DNA of 64,000 nt from Candidatus Latescibacterota bacterium (GTDB lineage Bacteria > Latescibacterota > UBA2968 > UBA8231). The position numbers were made by a program, and so were the translations under genes. Numbering within the stretch: the first letter of the stretch is position 1; every line of letters starts with the position of its first letter. The notes beneath the pieces were generated by a model. It ran no database searches, was not told the DNA's origin, and was given only the letters and a program-made list of their open reading frames with translations. Below are positions 52,310-62,624 of this stretch, in pieces. The DNA lies in NCBI GenBank assembly GCA_965248355.1, contig OZ252098.1, positions 3,712,001 to 3,776,000 on the forward strand, in the 5' to 3' direction.

Positions 52310-52627
52310 TTGTACGCTGTTGTGGACATCGCCGGTCAGCAGGTTCGGGTGGAGAAGGGCGCTGTCGTCCGCGTCCCCCGCCTGGATCTTGAGGAGGGAG
52401 CCAAGCAGGTCCTCCCGGAGGTTCTGCTTGTGCGCAACGATAGCGGCACGCGCGTGGGCAGCCCACATGTTCAGGGTGCCTCCGTGGAGGCCACCGTCCT
52501 CGGTCACGGACGGGGTGAAAAGATCGTCGTCTTCAAGATCAAACGTCGGAAGAACTACCGACGGCGCAACGGACATCGGCAGGACTATACCGAGCTCAAA
52601 ATCGACGGCATTGTTGCCCCGAACTGA
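52310..52627 (+). CDS. rplU: 50S ribosomal protein L21
   Basis: [29 protein letters not shown]. Confidence 0.97.
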   Translation: MYAVVDIAGQQVRVEKGAVVRVPRLDLEEGAKQVLPEVLLVRNDSGTRVGSPHVQGASVEATVLGHGRGEKIVVFKIKRRKNYRRRNGHRQDYTELKIDGIVAPN

Positions 52628-52638
52628 CGGATCCCGGC

Positions 52639-52899
52639 ATGGCACACAAGAAAGGCGTCGGCAGTTCCCGCAACGGTCGCGACAGCAACTCGAAACGCCT
52701 GGGCGTCAAGAGGGCCGGCGGCCAGACCGTTCACGCAGGGACGATCATCCTTCGCCAGCGTGGTACCCGCATTCACCCGGGTCAGAACGTGCGCAAGGGT
52801 AGCGACGACACACTGTTTGCCTGCGTGGACGGCCGCGTCGTGTTCGAGACGGCGGGCCGGCGGCGCAAGCGAGTTCGCATCGAGCCCGTCAGCGGCTGA
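52639..52899 (+). CDS. rpmA: 50S ribosomal protein L27
   Basis: [24 protein letters not shown]. Confidence 0.98.
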   Translation: MAHKKGVGSSRNGRDSNSKRLGVKRAGGQTVHAGTIILRQRGTRIHPGQNVRKGSDDTLFACVDGRVVFETAGRRRKRVRIEPVSG

Positions 52900-53052
52900 T
52901 TCAAGCCGTGCCCGACGGCCACCGGTCGCGATTCCCGTGAGTGGGGCCGCTCGTCTTCCAGGCGGTTCCTGCGGCCGGGGTGGACTTGGCGGCGGGGAGG
53001 AACCCGGCAGGCTCGTAACAGGTTCCGTCGTTTCGGAATCCTTCCTTCCGTT

Positions 53053-54771
53053 ATGAACATCTCCTCGCACGACATCCTCATCATCGGGGGCGGGGCGGCG
53101 GGTCTGCGCGCCGCCATCAGCGCCGTGGAGGCCGACCCCGACATCCACGTCGGCCTGGTATCCAAGGTCTATCCCATGCGCTCCCACACGGTTTCGGCCG
53201 AGGGGGGGGCCGCGGCGGTGGTCCGGGAGGAGGACAGCCTGGACTCTCACGCCTACGACACAATCAAGGGATCGGATTTCCTCGCCGATCAGGATGTGGT
53301 CGAAGCCTTCGTTGCCGGGGCACCCGGGGAACTCATACAGCTCGAGCACTGGGGATGTCCGTGGAGCCGCGAGCCCGATGGCGGCGTCAGCGTCCGCGCC
53401 TTCGGCGGCATGAGCACGAAGCGCACGCTATACGCCGCTGACAAGACCGGCTTTCACATGCTGCACGCGTTGTTCCAGACGTCCCTGAAATACAGTCGCA
53501 TCCATCGCTATGACGAGTGGTACGTCACCTCTTTGCTCGTCGATGAAGGCAGGGTGAGCGGTGTCGCCGCCCTCAGCCTCCACCATGGCGGCCTGCACGC
53601 CCTTCCAGCCCGGGCCGTCATCGTGTGCACGGGGGGGGGAGGCCGGGTCTTCCCCTTCACGACGAATGCCGCTATCAAGACCGGCGACGGCATGTCCATG
53701 GCCTATCGAGCCGGCTGTCCGTTGAAGGACATGGAATTCGTCCAGTACCATCCGACGGGATTGCCCGTGACCGGCATCCTGATGACGGAAGCCTCCCGGG
53801 GGGAGGGGGGTTACCTGATCAACAGCGAGGGGGACCGCTATCTGAGCGATTACGTGCCTGGCAAGATGGAGCTCGGACCTCGCGACATCCTTTCCCGTGC
53901 TTTCGTCCACGAAATGAGGGCCGGGCGCGTGTTTGAAGGTGAGCACGGGCAGTACGTGCATCTGGACCTGCGCCACTTGGGCGAGAAGGCCATCGATGAG
54001 AAGCTGCCTTTCGTACGAGAGCTGACTCGCAGCTATGTCGGGATCGACCCTGTCTACGATCCGATTCCGGTGCGCCCCGTCGTCCACTACATGATGGGTG
54101 GCGTACACACCGACATCGACGGCGCCACCCCCGTGGCCGGCCTGTACGCCGCCGGAGAGACGGCCAGCGTGAGCCTGAACGGTGCCAACCGCCTGGGTTC
54201 CAACTCGCTGACAGAGTGCTTGGTCTTCGGTGCCCGCGCCGGACTGGCTGCCGGGCGGTTTGCCAAGGAGCATGGGCAATCCAAGTCTCAGGTGCTGAAG
54301 GCCCTGGCCCGTGACGAGGAGGAGCGCATCCGGTCCACCCTGCTGAGTGGCGACAATGGTCGCACCGAAAAGATCAGCCAGATCCGCTCCGACTTGCAGA
54401 GCGCGATGGAGGCAGGCGCCGGGATCTACCGCACGGCCGAGGAGCTGACCATCGCCTGCGAGCAGATTCGCGATCTCAAGGAGCGCTACCGGCGGGTGCG
54501 CATCGACGATCATTCCCTGGTCTTCAACACCCAGTTGACCACCGCCATCGAAGTCGGGTGCATGCTTGACGTGGCCGAATCCCTGGCCCATTCCGCCCTG
54601 TTGCGAGAGGAATCCCGGGGCTCCCATGCCCGTTCTGACCACGAGGCGCGGGACGACGGGCGCTTTCTGGCCCACTCCCTGGCCTACCGCGACGACGATG
54701 GCGGAGACCCGAGGATCGAGTACCTTCCGGCCACCATCACCCGCTGGCAGCCAGAGGAACGCAATTACTAG
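53053..54771 (+). CDS. frdA: Fumarate reductase/succinate dehydrogenase flavoprotein
   Basis: [22 protein letters not shown] (covalent FAD His, FrdA-type Glu), [26 protein letters not shown]. Confidence 0.92.
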   Translation: MNISSHDILIIGGGAAGLRAAISAVEADPDIHVGLVSKVYPMRSHTVSAEGGAAAVVREEDSLDSHAYDTIKGSDFLADQDVVEAFVAGAPGELIQLEHWGCPWSREPDGGVSVRAFGGMSTKRTLYAADKTGFHMLHALFQTSLKYSRIHRYDEWYVTSLLVDEGRVSGVAALSLHHGGLHALPARAVIVCTGGGGRVFPFTTNAAIKTGDGMSMAYRAGCPLKDMEFVQYHPTGLPVTGILMTEASRGEGGYLINSEGDRYLSDYVPGKMELGPRDILSRAFVHEMRAGRVFEGEHGQYVHLDLRHLGEKAIDEKLPFVRELTRSYVGIDPVYDPIPVRPVVHYMMGGVHTDIDGATPVAGLYAAGETASVSLNGANRLGSNSLTECLVFGARAGLAAGRFAKEHGQSKSQVLKALARDEEERIRSTLLSGDNGRTEKISQIRSDLQSAMEAGAGIYRTAEELTIACEQIRDLKERYRRVRIDDHSLVFNTQLTTAIEVGCMLDVAESLAHSALLREESRGSHARSDHEARDDGRFLAHSLAYRDDDGGDPRIEYLPATITRWQPEERNY

Positions 54772-55518
54772 ATGAACGAGGCTACGATCACCCTGTCCGT
54801 CACGCGTTACAACCCCGAGGTGGATGAGAGACCCTCGACCCAGGACTACCGGATCCCCTATCGGGAAGAGTGGGTTGTTCTGGATGCCCTCAACCACATC
54901 AAGGACGAGGTCGACGAATCCCTGTCCTACCGATGGTCGTGCCGGATGGGCGTTTGCGGCAGCTGTGGAATGATGGTCAATGGCGAACCCAAGCTGACGT
55001 GCGCCACCTTCTTGCGCGACTACTATCCGGATCCGATACGCGTCGAGCCTCTGGCCAACTTCGGAATCATCCGCGATCTGGTGATCGACATGGACGATTT
55101 CATGGACAAGCTCAAGGCCGTAAAGCCCTGGATCGTGCGCGAGGAGGAGAAGCCCGTCGCCGCCGGCGAGTACCTGCAGTCACCGGAGGAACTGAAGGAA
55201 TACAAGCAGTTCAGCATGTGCATCAACTGCATGCTTTGCTATTCCGCCTGCCCGGTCTACGGACGAGAACAAGAGTTCATCGGTCCGGCGGCGTTGGCCC
55301 TGGCCCACCGCTACAACCTGGACAGTCGCGACCAAGGCAACGAGGAACGGGCTGAGGCCGTGGCTTCGAGCCAGGGGATCTGGGAGTGCACCTTTGTCGG
55401 GGAGTGCTCGGAGGTCTGCCCGAAGGACGTCGATCCCGCGGCGGCCATACAGCGCACGAAGGTGGCCTCCACTCAGAACTGGCTCAAGTCGATCCTGATG
55501 CCCTTCGGGGGTAGATAG
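54772..55518 (+). CDS. frdB: Fumarate reductase iron-sulfur subunit
   Basis: [41 protein letters not shown]. Confidence 0.93.
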   Translation: MNEATITLSVTRYNPEVDERPSTQDYRIPYREEWVVLDALNHIKDEVDESLSYRWSCRMGVCGSCGMMVNGEPKLTCATFLRDYYPDPIRVEPLANFGIIRDLVIDMDDFMDKLKAVKPWIVREEEKPVAAGEYLQSPEELKEYKQFSMCINCMLCYSACPVYGREQEFIGPAALALAHRYNLDSRDQGNEERAEAVASSQGIWECTFVGECSEVCPKDVDPAAAIQRTKVASTQNWLKSILMPFGGR

Positions 55519-55530
55519 CGGGAAGCGAAT

Positions 55531-55944
55531 GTGATGAGCCAACCCGGTACCAGCACCTCTTCCAAGATCTATCGGCCCGAGATGTCGGCCACGTGGTGGC
55601 TGAAGTCAAGGCGCTATTTCCTGTTCATGATGCGGGAACTGTCGAGCGTATTCATCGCTCTTTTCGTCTTGACTTATCTCTACGAGCTCTTTCTGTTGTC
55701 CACAGGCCCAGAGGCTTACGGGCTTCTGCAGGAGTCGCTGAGCAAGCCTGCCGCCGTGTCTCTCTACGGTCTCGCCCTTCTTTTTGCCATCTACCACACG
55801 GTGACCTGGTTCCAGGCCGCTTCAAAGATCCAGGTGGTGCGCCTCGGCTCCTGGACGATGCCGGGGTGGATGATGATAGGGGGCGCTCTTGGCGTCTGGA
55901 TCGTGATCTCCGCGGCCGTGGCGGTGTACTTCCTCCGAGCGTGA
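55531..55944 (+). CDS. frdC: Fumarate reductase membrane anchor C
   Basis: YRPEMSATWW...FMMRE, HTVTWF; three TM helices. Confidence 0.88.
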   Translation: MMSQPGTSTSSKIYRPEMSATWWLKSRRYFLFMMRELSSVFIALFVLTYLYELFLLSTGPEAYGLLQESLSKPAAVSLYGLALLFAIYHTVTWFQAASKIQVVRLGSWTMPGWMMIGGALGVWIVISAAVAVYFLRA

Positions 55945-56315
55945 GCACTGAGGGGGTGAACTACAAGAGAGACACGAAGGAGCCCTTCTGGTGGGGCATG
56001 TTCTCGGCGGGCGGTGTCGTCGCCGCGCTGCTGGTGCCGATCCACATCTTGCTGGAGGGCCTCGCCGTGCCCTTGGCCTGGGTCGACCCGGGGGCCGTGG
56101 CCTACGAGCGCATGCAGGCCTTGATCGCCTCTCCCTTGGTGAAGGTCTATCTCTTCATCCTCCTGGTCCTGCCTCTGTATCACGCCGCTCACCGCGTCCG
56201 CTTCACCCTGTACGAACTCGGAATCCGCGGACACGGGCCCGTGGCCGTGCTCTGCTACGGGGTGGCGCTGGCTGGTACCGCCGCCTCAGCCTGGATCCTG
56301 TTGAGTCTGCCGTAG
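55941..56315 (+). CDS. frdD: Fumarate reductase membrane anchor D
   Basis: EPFWWGMFSAGG, LPLYHAAHR, CYG. Start at 55941 or 55956. Confidence 0.88.
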   Translation: MSTEGVNYKRDTKEPFWWGMFSAGGVVAALLVPIHILLEGLAVPLAWVDPGAVAYERMQALIASPLVKVYLFILLVLPLYHAAHRVRFTLYELGIRGHGPVAVLCYGVALAGTAASAWILLSLP

Positions 56316-56403
56316 CTCCGCGCTCCGGTGCGGCGCCTGCGGCCAAGGGAAGGCGAGCGCGGTCCCGAGTGGATCACCGTCTCTCCGAACAAGTGCGCCA
56401 AGC

Positions 56404-57561
56404 ATGAAAATCCATGAATACCAGGCCAAGGACTTGCTGCGGAGTTACGGCGTCGCGGTGCCCGAAGGCGGGGTTGCCCGCAGCCCCGACGAGGCCGAGA
56501 AAGTGGCTCGAGAGTTGGGCGGCCACGTGGTCGTCAAAGCGCAGATCCACGCCGGCGGGCGGGGAAAGGGCGGCGGCATCAAGCTCGCCGAATCGGCCGC
56601 TGATGCACGGAGAGTGGCCGGGGAGATCCTCGGCATGCAGTTGGTCACCCATCAGACCGGCTCCGAGGGTCGGAAGGTGAAGCAGGTTCTGGTGGAAAGC
56701 GCCAGTCACATCCTTCGCGAGCTGTACCTGGGCGTCACCCTCGACCGCGTCCAGGGCCGCGACGTGGTCATGGCCAGCCAGGAGGGAGGGGTGGAGATCG
56801 AAGAGGTCGCCGCCAGGAACCCGGGGGCGATCCTGCGCGAGACCGTGCACCCGGGTCTGGGCCTGCTGCCCTACCAGGCGAACCGGCTGGCTTTCGGCCT
56901 CGGCTTCGAGGGCGCCATGGTGCGCTCCGTGGCCGGACTGCTCCTCAAGCTCTATGAAGCGTACCACTCCGCGTCCTGCTCCATCGCCGAGATCAACCCC
57001 CTCGTCGTTACCGGCCGGGGCCAGGTTCTGGCCCTCGATGCGAAGATCAATTTCGACGATAACGCGGTGCTGTGGCAGAAGAAGCATGCCGAGCTGCGCG
57101 ACCTCGATGAGGAGGACCCTCTGGAGGTCGAAGCCTCGAAGCACGGTCTCAGCTATATCCGGCTCGACGGCGACATCGGCTGCATGGTGAATGGCGCGGG
57201 ACTGGCCATGGCGACGATGGACATCATCAAGCTCGCTGGCGGTGAGCCGGCCAACTTCCTCGACATCGGCGGCGGCGCCAGCGCCGAGACGGTCGAGAAC
57301 GGGTTCCGCATCCTGCTGGCCGATGCCAAGGTGGAAGCGATCCTCATCAATATCTTCGGGGGCATCGTGCGTTGCGACCGCGTTGCCCAGGGGGTCATTC
57401 AGGCGCAGAGGAATATGGCCGTGGAGGTTCCGGTGGTGGTGCGTCTGGCCGGCACGAACGCCGAGGTGGCCGCGAAGATGCTGAGAGACTCGGAGCTCGA
57501 CTTCACCGTCGGCACCGGCCTGAAGGACGCAGCCGAAAAGGTTGTGGCCCTCCTGCCATGA
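56404..57561 (+). CDS. sucC: Succinyl-CoA synthetase beta subunit
   Basis: [44 protein letters not shown]. Confidence 0.97.
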   Translation: MKIHEYQAKDLLRSYGVAVPEGGVARSPDEAEKVARELGGHVVVKAQIHAGGRGKGGGIKLAESAADARRVAGEILGMQLVTHQTGSEGRKVKQVLVESASHILRELYLGVTLDRVQGRDVVMASQEGGVEIEEVAARNPGAILRETVHPGLGLLPYQANRLAFGLGFEGAMVRSVAGLLLKLYEAYHSASCSIAEINPLVVTGRGQVLALDAKINFDDNAVLWQKKHAELRDLDEEDPLEVEASKHGLSYIRLDGDIGCMVNGAGLAMATMDIIKLAGGEPANFLDIGGGASAETVENGFRILLADAKVEAILINIFGGIVRCDRVAQGVIQAQRNMAVEVPVVVRLAGTNAEVAAKMLRDSELDFTVGTGLKDAAEKVVALLP

Positions 57562-58433
57562 GCGTCCTCGTCAACAGGGCTACCAAGGTCTTCGTGCAGG
57601 GGATCACCGGGTCGGAAGGATCCTTTCACACCCGGCAGATGATCGAGTACGGCACGCAGGTGGTGGGCGGATCCACGCCCGGCAAGGGAGGTCAGAAGTT
57701 CGAGGGCCTGCCTGTGTTCAACACTGTCGCCCAGGGTGTGGCGGAGACCGGTGCCGATGCCTCCGTCATCTTTGTGCCGGCACTCTTCGCCGCTGATGCG
57801 ATCATGGAGGCCGCCGACGCCGGGATGGCCACCGTCGCCTGCATCACGGAGGGTATCCCCGTGGCGGACATGGTCCGTGTGCGCGAATACCTGCGCGACC
57901 ACCGGAAGACGGGTCTCATCGGGCCGAACTGTCCAGGTTTGATCACTCCAGGGGAATGCAAGATGGGGATCATGCCCGGGTCGATATACCAGCGCGGCGG
58001 GGTGGGGGTCATTTCACGCTCGGGCACGCTCACCTACGAGGCGGTCGGGCAGTTGACGGAGCGTGGTCTCGGTCAGTCCACGTGCATCGGGATCGGCGGC
58101 GACCCGATCATCGGCACCAGCTTCCTCGACGCCTTCAAGCTGTTCCGCAACGACGCGGACACCGAAGCCGTGGTCATGATCGGCGAGATCGGTGGCAGCG
58201 CCGAGGAGGAAGCGGCGCGTTACGTGCGCCGCCACTTCGATCGGCCCGTCGTCGGTTTCATCGCCGGCCGGACGGCCCCTCCCGGCCGGAGGATGGGTCA
58301 CGCGGGCGCGATTGTCTCCGGCGGCGAGGGAACGGCAGAGGAAAAGATGAAGGTCATGGAGACGGCCGGGATCCGTGTGTGTCGAAGCCCGGCCGATATC
58401 GGCGAGACCGTGCAGGCGGTGCTGGCGGGCTGA
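57558..58433 (+). CDS. sucD: Succinyl-CoA synthetase alpha subunit
   Basis: [34 protein letters not shown]. Confidence 0.97.
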   Translation: MSVLVNRATKVFVQGITGSEGSFHTRQMIEYGTQVVGGSTPGKGGQKFEGLPVFNTVAQGVAETGADASVIFVPALFAADAIMEAADAGMATVACITEGIPVADMVRVREYLRDHRKTGLIGPNCPGLITPGECKMGIMPGSIYQRGGVGVISRSGTLTYEAVGQLTERGLGQSTCIGIGGDPIIGTSFLDAFKLFRNDADTEAVVMIGEIGGSAEEEAARYVRRHFDRPVVGFIAGRTAPPGRRMGHAGAIVSGGEGTAEEKMKVMETAGIRVCRSPADIGETVQAVLAG

Positions 58434-58452
58434 CCTGCGGACAACCGCACTG

Positions 58453-58595
58453 GACAAACGGGCGGTCCCTGTGGAAAGGGGGCGCCCGTTTGTCTATACC
58501 CTGCCCCCGCGAACCACCGCGGAGGTCCGCGGCAGGAGCGTCGCAAACCTGGCTCTCAGGCGGTCCCCCTTTGGGAGCAGGCAAGTTTGTAGACA
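58453..58595 (-). other. Highly structured intergenic element (hairpin plus nested stem domain)
   Basis: Perfect 12-bp stem 58453-58464/58483-58494; nested stems 58491-96/58590-95, 58500-08/58573-81, 58511-18/58559-66. Confidence 0.45.
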
Positions 58596-58598
58596 GCT

Positions 58599-59117
58599 TC
58601 AGCCGTCATCCTCTTGCGCCAGGAAGTGCACGCTGCCTGCGTGGCAGGTGGCGCAGTTCATCTGACCGTTCCCGGGGAGGTCGACGCGGCCCTCGAGCGT
58701 CTTGGCTGGCTCCCCGTCCCCGGTCTGTTCCACCACCGTCAGGAAGATTCCGGGATCGTCGCCTTCGGACTGATAGCGGGCCCTGATCAACAGGCTCTCA
58801 TTTTCATGGTGCTCCGTCAGCAGCATCTCGGCGCTTCCCCGCGCCACCAGGCTGTCGACGAAGGTGAGCTTCATGAGCCGGGCGACCTGCTTGTGCTCGG
58901 TCTCGGCCTCGTAGTCGACTTTTCCCTGGGACTTGACGTGACAATAGAGACAGGTCTTCACGCCGAGAGCCCGCACCACCTGCTTCATGGCCTTGACCGT
59001 GCTTGGGTAGTCGGGGCCCCAGATCGTTGCGCCATCGTCATCTGCCGCTGTCGGCAGGGCGACCACAGAGCAGACCAGCAGGCCGGCCAGCCCGGCCCGC
59101 ATCGTTCCATTTCTCAT
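58599..59117 (-). CDS. Exported dihaem cytochrome c, PufC (reaction-centre cytochrome)-like
   Basis: Signal peptide; M...ALGVKTCLYCH...K..AR.M...NCATCHAG, with two CxxCH motifs. Confidence 0.75.
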   Translation of the reverse strand: MRNGTMRAGLAGLLVCSVVALPTAADDDGATIWGPDYPSTVKAMKQVVRALGVKTCLYCHVKSQGKVDYEAETEHKQVARLMKLTFVDSLVARGSAEMLLTEHHENESLLIRARYQSEGDDPGIFLTVVEQTGDGEPAKTLEGRVDLPGNGQMNCATCHAGSVHFLAQEDDG

Positions 59118-59246
59118 CAGGGTTCTCCCCGGGAGCTCATCGTACCCCTCGACGAAAGTAGGACGGGCAGTGTTCGTCCGCCAACCTGGTGATCACGCCT
59201 GGGAACCAAGCCAGGAGAGGGGCCACCCGAAGGTCCGGTCCGCAGC

Positions 59247-60194
59247 TCAGGGGGGGCGGCGAATGGCCTCCAGATAGGTGCGGGTTCTGCCCGCCCAACA
59301 TAGATAGTCGAACAGGATGGCCGGCCATGGGATCGATTCGAAGTGTTCGGCCAGCCAGCGGGCGCCGTGGTAGAATGGTCTCCAAAGGGCCGTGTGCGGC
59401 AGCCACCTTCCGGGGTCCAGCGGGCGGCGATTCAGGAAGCCGAGGCGCAGGATCGAAGCCAGCTCGGGGTGCGTCCCGACGATGTGGGGCAGCGATTGAC
59501 GCCCGTAGGTCTCCATGGCTTCGCATGTGCCGGCCAGCGCCCTCCACCGATGATGGAGGGTCCGGGCCACGGGCAGCGAATGCACGGCCACTCCATTCAG
59601 GTGGAGCCGGTATCCGAGCTCGAGATCCTCGCCTCCGTAGGCGGACAGGCCCTTGTCGAAGCCGCCCAGCTGTCTCAGGATCGACCGCGGCACCGAGGAG
59701 TTGCCGGTGACGAAGCACTTGAAAGGCACGGGCCCCGGCTTGAACCGGGCGATCCCACGGGTGGAGAAATAGCGGGCAAGGGCTGTGTCCGGGACCTCGG
59801 GAGCCCAGCGGATGGCGCCGACGGCGGCGCTTCCTGGGTGGCGGCGGTGGAATTCGTCGTGAGCCCGCAGGAAGCCGGATTGGACAGTCATGTCTCCGTC
59901 CAGAAAGACGACTACGGCGCCTCTCGCCGACTCGATGCCGGCGTTGCGCGCCGCCGCACGGCCTCGATTCTTCTTGAAATGGATGGCCCGCACCGGCAGA
60001 GGGGCGGCGAGGTCGGACAGCGGGGCCGGGTCGAAGCTCGGTGAGCCATCATCGACCACGACGATTTCCGACATGCCGGCCGGGAAATCCTGGGCCGCCA
60101 GAGAGCGCAGGGCCCCGGCCAGCAACTCCGCCGCCCGGTATGTGGGCAGCACCACGGAGAGCCGGGGACCGCCGCAGGACTCCCCTGTGGTCAC
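59247..60194 (-). CDS. Glycosyltransferase family 2
   Basis: LSVVLPTY, VVDDGS, GRAAARNAG, FLDGD, GGFD...YGGEDLELGYR; GTGA overlap with the upstream gene. Confidence 0.92.
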   Translation of the reverse strand: MTTGESCGGPRLSVVLPTYRAAELLAGALRSLAAQDFPAGMSEIVVVDDGSPSFDPAPLSDLAAPLPVRAIHFKKNRGRAAARNAGIESARGAVVVFLDGDMTVQSGFLRAHDEFHRRHPGSAAVGAIRWAPEVPDTALARYFSTRGIARFKPGPVPFKCFVTGNSSVPRSILRQLGGFDKGLSAYGGEDLELGYRLHLNGVAVHSLPVARTLHHRWRALAGTCEAMETYGRQSLPHIVGTHPELASILRLGFLNRRPLDPGRWLPHTALWRPFYHGARWLAEHFESIPWPAILFDYLCWAGRTRTYLEAIRRPP

Positions 60195-61312
60195 AATTGC
60201 TCGTAGGCCTCCAGCAAGTGCGGGGCCTCCCGTTCCCAGCAATACCGTTCCGCTGACCGGAGCGCCGCCTCGCCCATGCGCCGGCGGCGCCCCTCGTCGG
60301 TCAACAGCTCCCGAATCCCGTCGGCGATGGCGTCCGGATCCTCGGGATCCACGAGGGCGCCGGCGCCGGTGTCCTCGATGACCCGCCGGATCTCCGGGGT
60401 GTCGCCGGCGAGTACGGGCAGTCCCGCCATGAGGTATTCGAAGAGCTTGTTCGGCAGGGACCACAGGAAGCTGTTTCCCGTCGGCTTGATCACGCACAGG
60501 CCGAGGTCGGCTCCGCAGGTGAGAGCGTGCAACTGCGGGAAAGGGAGGCGCGGCAGGAAGCGTACTCGGTCGTGCAGGCCCAAGGCGGCGACCTGCCTGC
60601 GCAACGCCTCCTCCATGGGTCCGCTGCCGAGCAGCACGAGTCGCCCAACCTCGATCCGGCTCATGGCGGTGATCTGGTCGGCCAGCCCGTTCTCGGTCAG
60701 AAATCCACCTTGGTACAAGACCAGCGGATCTGTGTCGCCGACCAGTCCGAGGGCACTCCGAAGGTCGTCGCCGGCGACGGGCTCCCGAAAGGGTGGCAGA
60801 TTGCGGACAAGGACCGGCGGGCGCTCCAGGCCATAGGTCTGCTCCAGGTTCTCGGCGATGGCGGAGCTGACCGTCAGAACCCGGTCGACGCGCCGGATGA
60901 GTCGGCGTTCCAGCCATCGCCAGAAACCGCGGATGCCGGGCCGATGAACCAGAGAGGATTGCTCCGCGAACAACTCGTGGGAGTCGTATACCAAACGGGA
61001 CCCGCGCCGTGCCGCCGCACGTGCGGATGGCCACAGGGCGTCGAGATCGTGGGCGTGGTAGACATCCGCCCTGGTCCCGGCGGCGAGACTCGTCGCCCGG
61101 TGCCAGAAGATCGGGTATGTGCGCCGCAGGGATCTCGAGCGATCCAGCGGGATCCTGTGAAGCTCGAAATCCTCCCAGACCGACGGAAGTTGGCCGCCGA
61201 AGTCGGACGTGACCAACACTACTTCGTGACCGGCGCCCCTCAGTGCGTCGGCCTCTCGGAAGACTCTGAAATCGAACCGCAGGTCGCCGAAGAGAACCAT
61301 GCAGACGCGCAT
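60191..61312 (-). CDS. Glycosyltransferase family 4
   Basis: DFRVFREA, YHAHD, YDSHE, LPNKLFEYLMAGLPV. Confidence 0.92.
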   Translation of the reverse strand: MRVCMVLFGDLRFDFRVFREADALRGAGHEVVLVTSDFGGQLPSVWEDFELHRIPLDRSRSLRRTYPIFWHRATSLAAGTRADVYHAHDLDALWPSARAAARRGSRLVYDSHELFAEQSSLVHRPGIRGFWRWLERRLIRRVDRVLTVSSAIAENLEQTYGLERPPVLVRNLPPFREPVAGDDLRSALGLVGDTDPLVLYQGGFLTENGLADQITAMSRIEVGRLVLLGSGPMEEALRRQVAALGLHDRVRFLPRLPFPQLHALTCGADLGLCVIKPTGNSFLWSLPNKLFEYLMAGLPVLAGDTPEIRRVIEDTGAGALVDPEDPDAIADGIRELLTDEGRRRRMGEAALRSAERYCWEREAPHLLEAYEQL

Positions 61313-61416
61313 CAGCTCGGCGCCTGATTCCGTGTTTGGAGCATGGTGAGCACAGGTGAGCCGATGGCCGCAGGCGGTGCCCCAGCCCAAGGAGGGCCGC
61401 CGGGGGCTGGGCCTGG

Positions 61417-61884
61417 TCAGCGAGCGGTCAGGCGGAACTGACCGCTCTCGATGGCAGCCTCGAGCTCGGCGCGGAACAGGCTGTCGGTGTGTACGGTGAT
61501 CTTCCAGCCGTCCGGGTCGCGCAGGAAATAGTAGAAAGGTCCTTCGCCCTCGGGCACCGTCGAGCGGTCGAATTGCAGATAGGCGACGCGCTCGTTGATG
61601 CGGCGTTCCTCCGCGATCTCGCGCCTGGCCACCTCCCGGCCCAGCTTCCGGCCCGCTTCGCCGGCAATCGAGGTCCTCCAGGCCGCCCGGTCTCCGCCGA
61701 GATCCTGCTCACGGTGGCTTCTACTCAGGCAGGACCAGGCCGTGTCCCCGTCGCCTTGGGACAGGGCCTCGCGGTAGGTGCGGAAGGTTGAAGCGGGGCT
61801 GGCAAACCGGGAGTCCAGTCCCTCACCGCAAGCGAGCAGGAGGGTCAGGCCGAGCCAGGTAATGACCGGGGTGTGCCGGATCAC
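61417..61884 (-). CDS. Hypothetical lipoprotein
   Basis: Lipobox LLLAC, then SPASTFRTY..AL..GD...AW.CLS and DGWKI. GTG start is inferred. Confidence 0.6.
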   Translation of the reverse strand: MIRHTPVITWLGLTLLLACGEGLDSRFASPASTFRTYREALSQGDGDTAWSCLSRSHREQDLGGDRAAWRTSIAGEAGRKLGREVARREIAEERRINERVAYLQFDRSTVPEGEGPFYYFLRDPDGWKITVHTDSLFRAELEAAIESGQFRLTAR

Positions 61885-61903
61885 GGTCCGCCTGTTCGAA
61901 AGC

Positions 61904-62581
61904 TCAGGGACGGGTGCTCCGGACGCGTTCGATCTCGTCGCGGAGGAGTGCCGCCTTCTCGTAGTCCTCGCAGAGCACGGCCTGTTCCAGGCGGTGCTGC
62001 AAATCGGCGAGGTGGTTTCGCTCCCCGTCCAGAACAGGGGTGTTCTGGGCCTCGGCGGCATCTGCCTGCGCGCGGTCTCCCAGGATCTGCGGCTCGACTT
62101 CATGGAACCGGGACATGGTGCGCTCGAGGTCGGCGCCGTCAGGGGCCGAGGAGAGACTGGCGAGCTCGAGAAGCTCACGCGTGATGAAGACGGGGGCGTC
62201 GGTTCGCAGCGCTAGGGCCACGCCGTCGGAAGGCCGGCAGTCGAGTTCTCGGAAACGTCCCCGGCGTTCGATCACGGTGGATGCGAGGAACACCTGTCCC
62301 TCGACGGAGTGGATCACGACGCGACGGACCGGGATGGTGAGCTTGCCAAGCAGCGAGGCGAGCAGGTCATGGGAGATCGGACGGAGCGGCCGTTCTCCAC
62401 CCAACTGCATCTGGATCGATGCTGCCTCGAACTCACCAACGGCGATCGGCAGCAACCGGGGCTCGGGCGATTCCTTTTCGCACAGCCACATCAATGGCTT
62501 CTCCGCCCGCAGATAGGGGCTGACCTTCATCACCGTCATCTCGACGAGAGCCCGGCGCGGTCTGCTGCGGTTGGCCGTCAT
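61904..62581 (-). CDS. Bifunctional nuclease (DUF151) with C-terminal UVR domain
   Basis: LPIAVGEFEAASI, RPISHDL, DCRPSDGVALA; UVR LEQAV..EDYEKAALLRDEI. Confidence 0.88.
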   Translation of the reverse strand: MTANRSRPRRALVEMTVMKVSPYLRAEKPLMWLCEKESPEPRLLPIAVGEFEAASIQMQLGGERPLRPISHDLLASLLGKLTIPVRRVVIHSVEGQVFLASTVIERRGRFRELDCRPSDGVALALRTDAPVFITRELLELASLSSAPDGADLERTMSRFHEVEPQILGDRAQADAAEAQNTPVLDGERNHLADLQHRLEQAVLCEDYEKAALLRDEIERVRSTRP

Positions 62582-62624
62582 GATGGAACGTGTACTGTCC
62601 CCTGATTCCTTGGCTGTCCGATGG

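Noticed and set aside
58534..58562. Glycine or c-di-GMP riboswitch fragments (GCAAACC, CTCTCAGG)
   Set aside because: The remaining conserved cores are missing and there is no downstream gene on that strand to regulate.
58599..59117. Evidence of phototrophy from the PufC-like cytochrome
   Set aside because: It has two haem motifs rather than four, and there are no pufLM or bch genes in the window.
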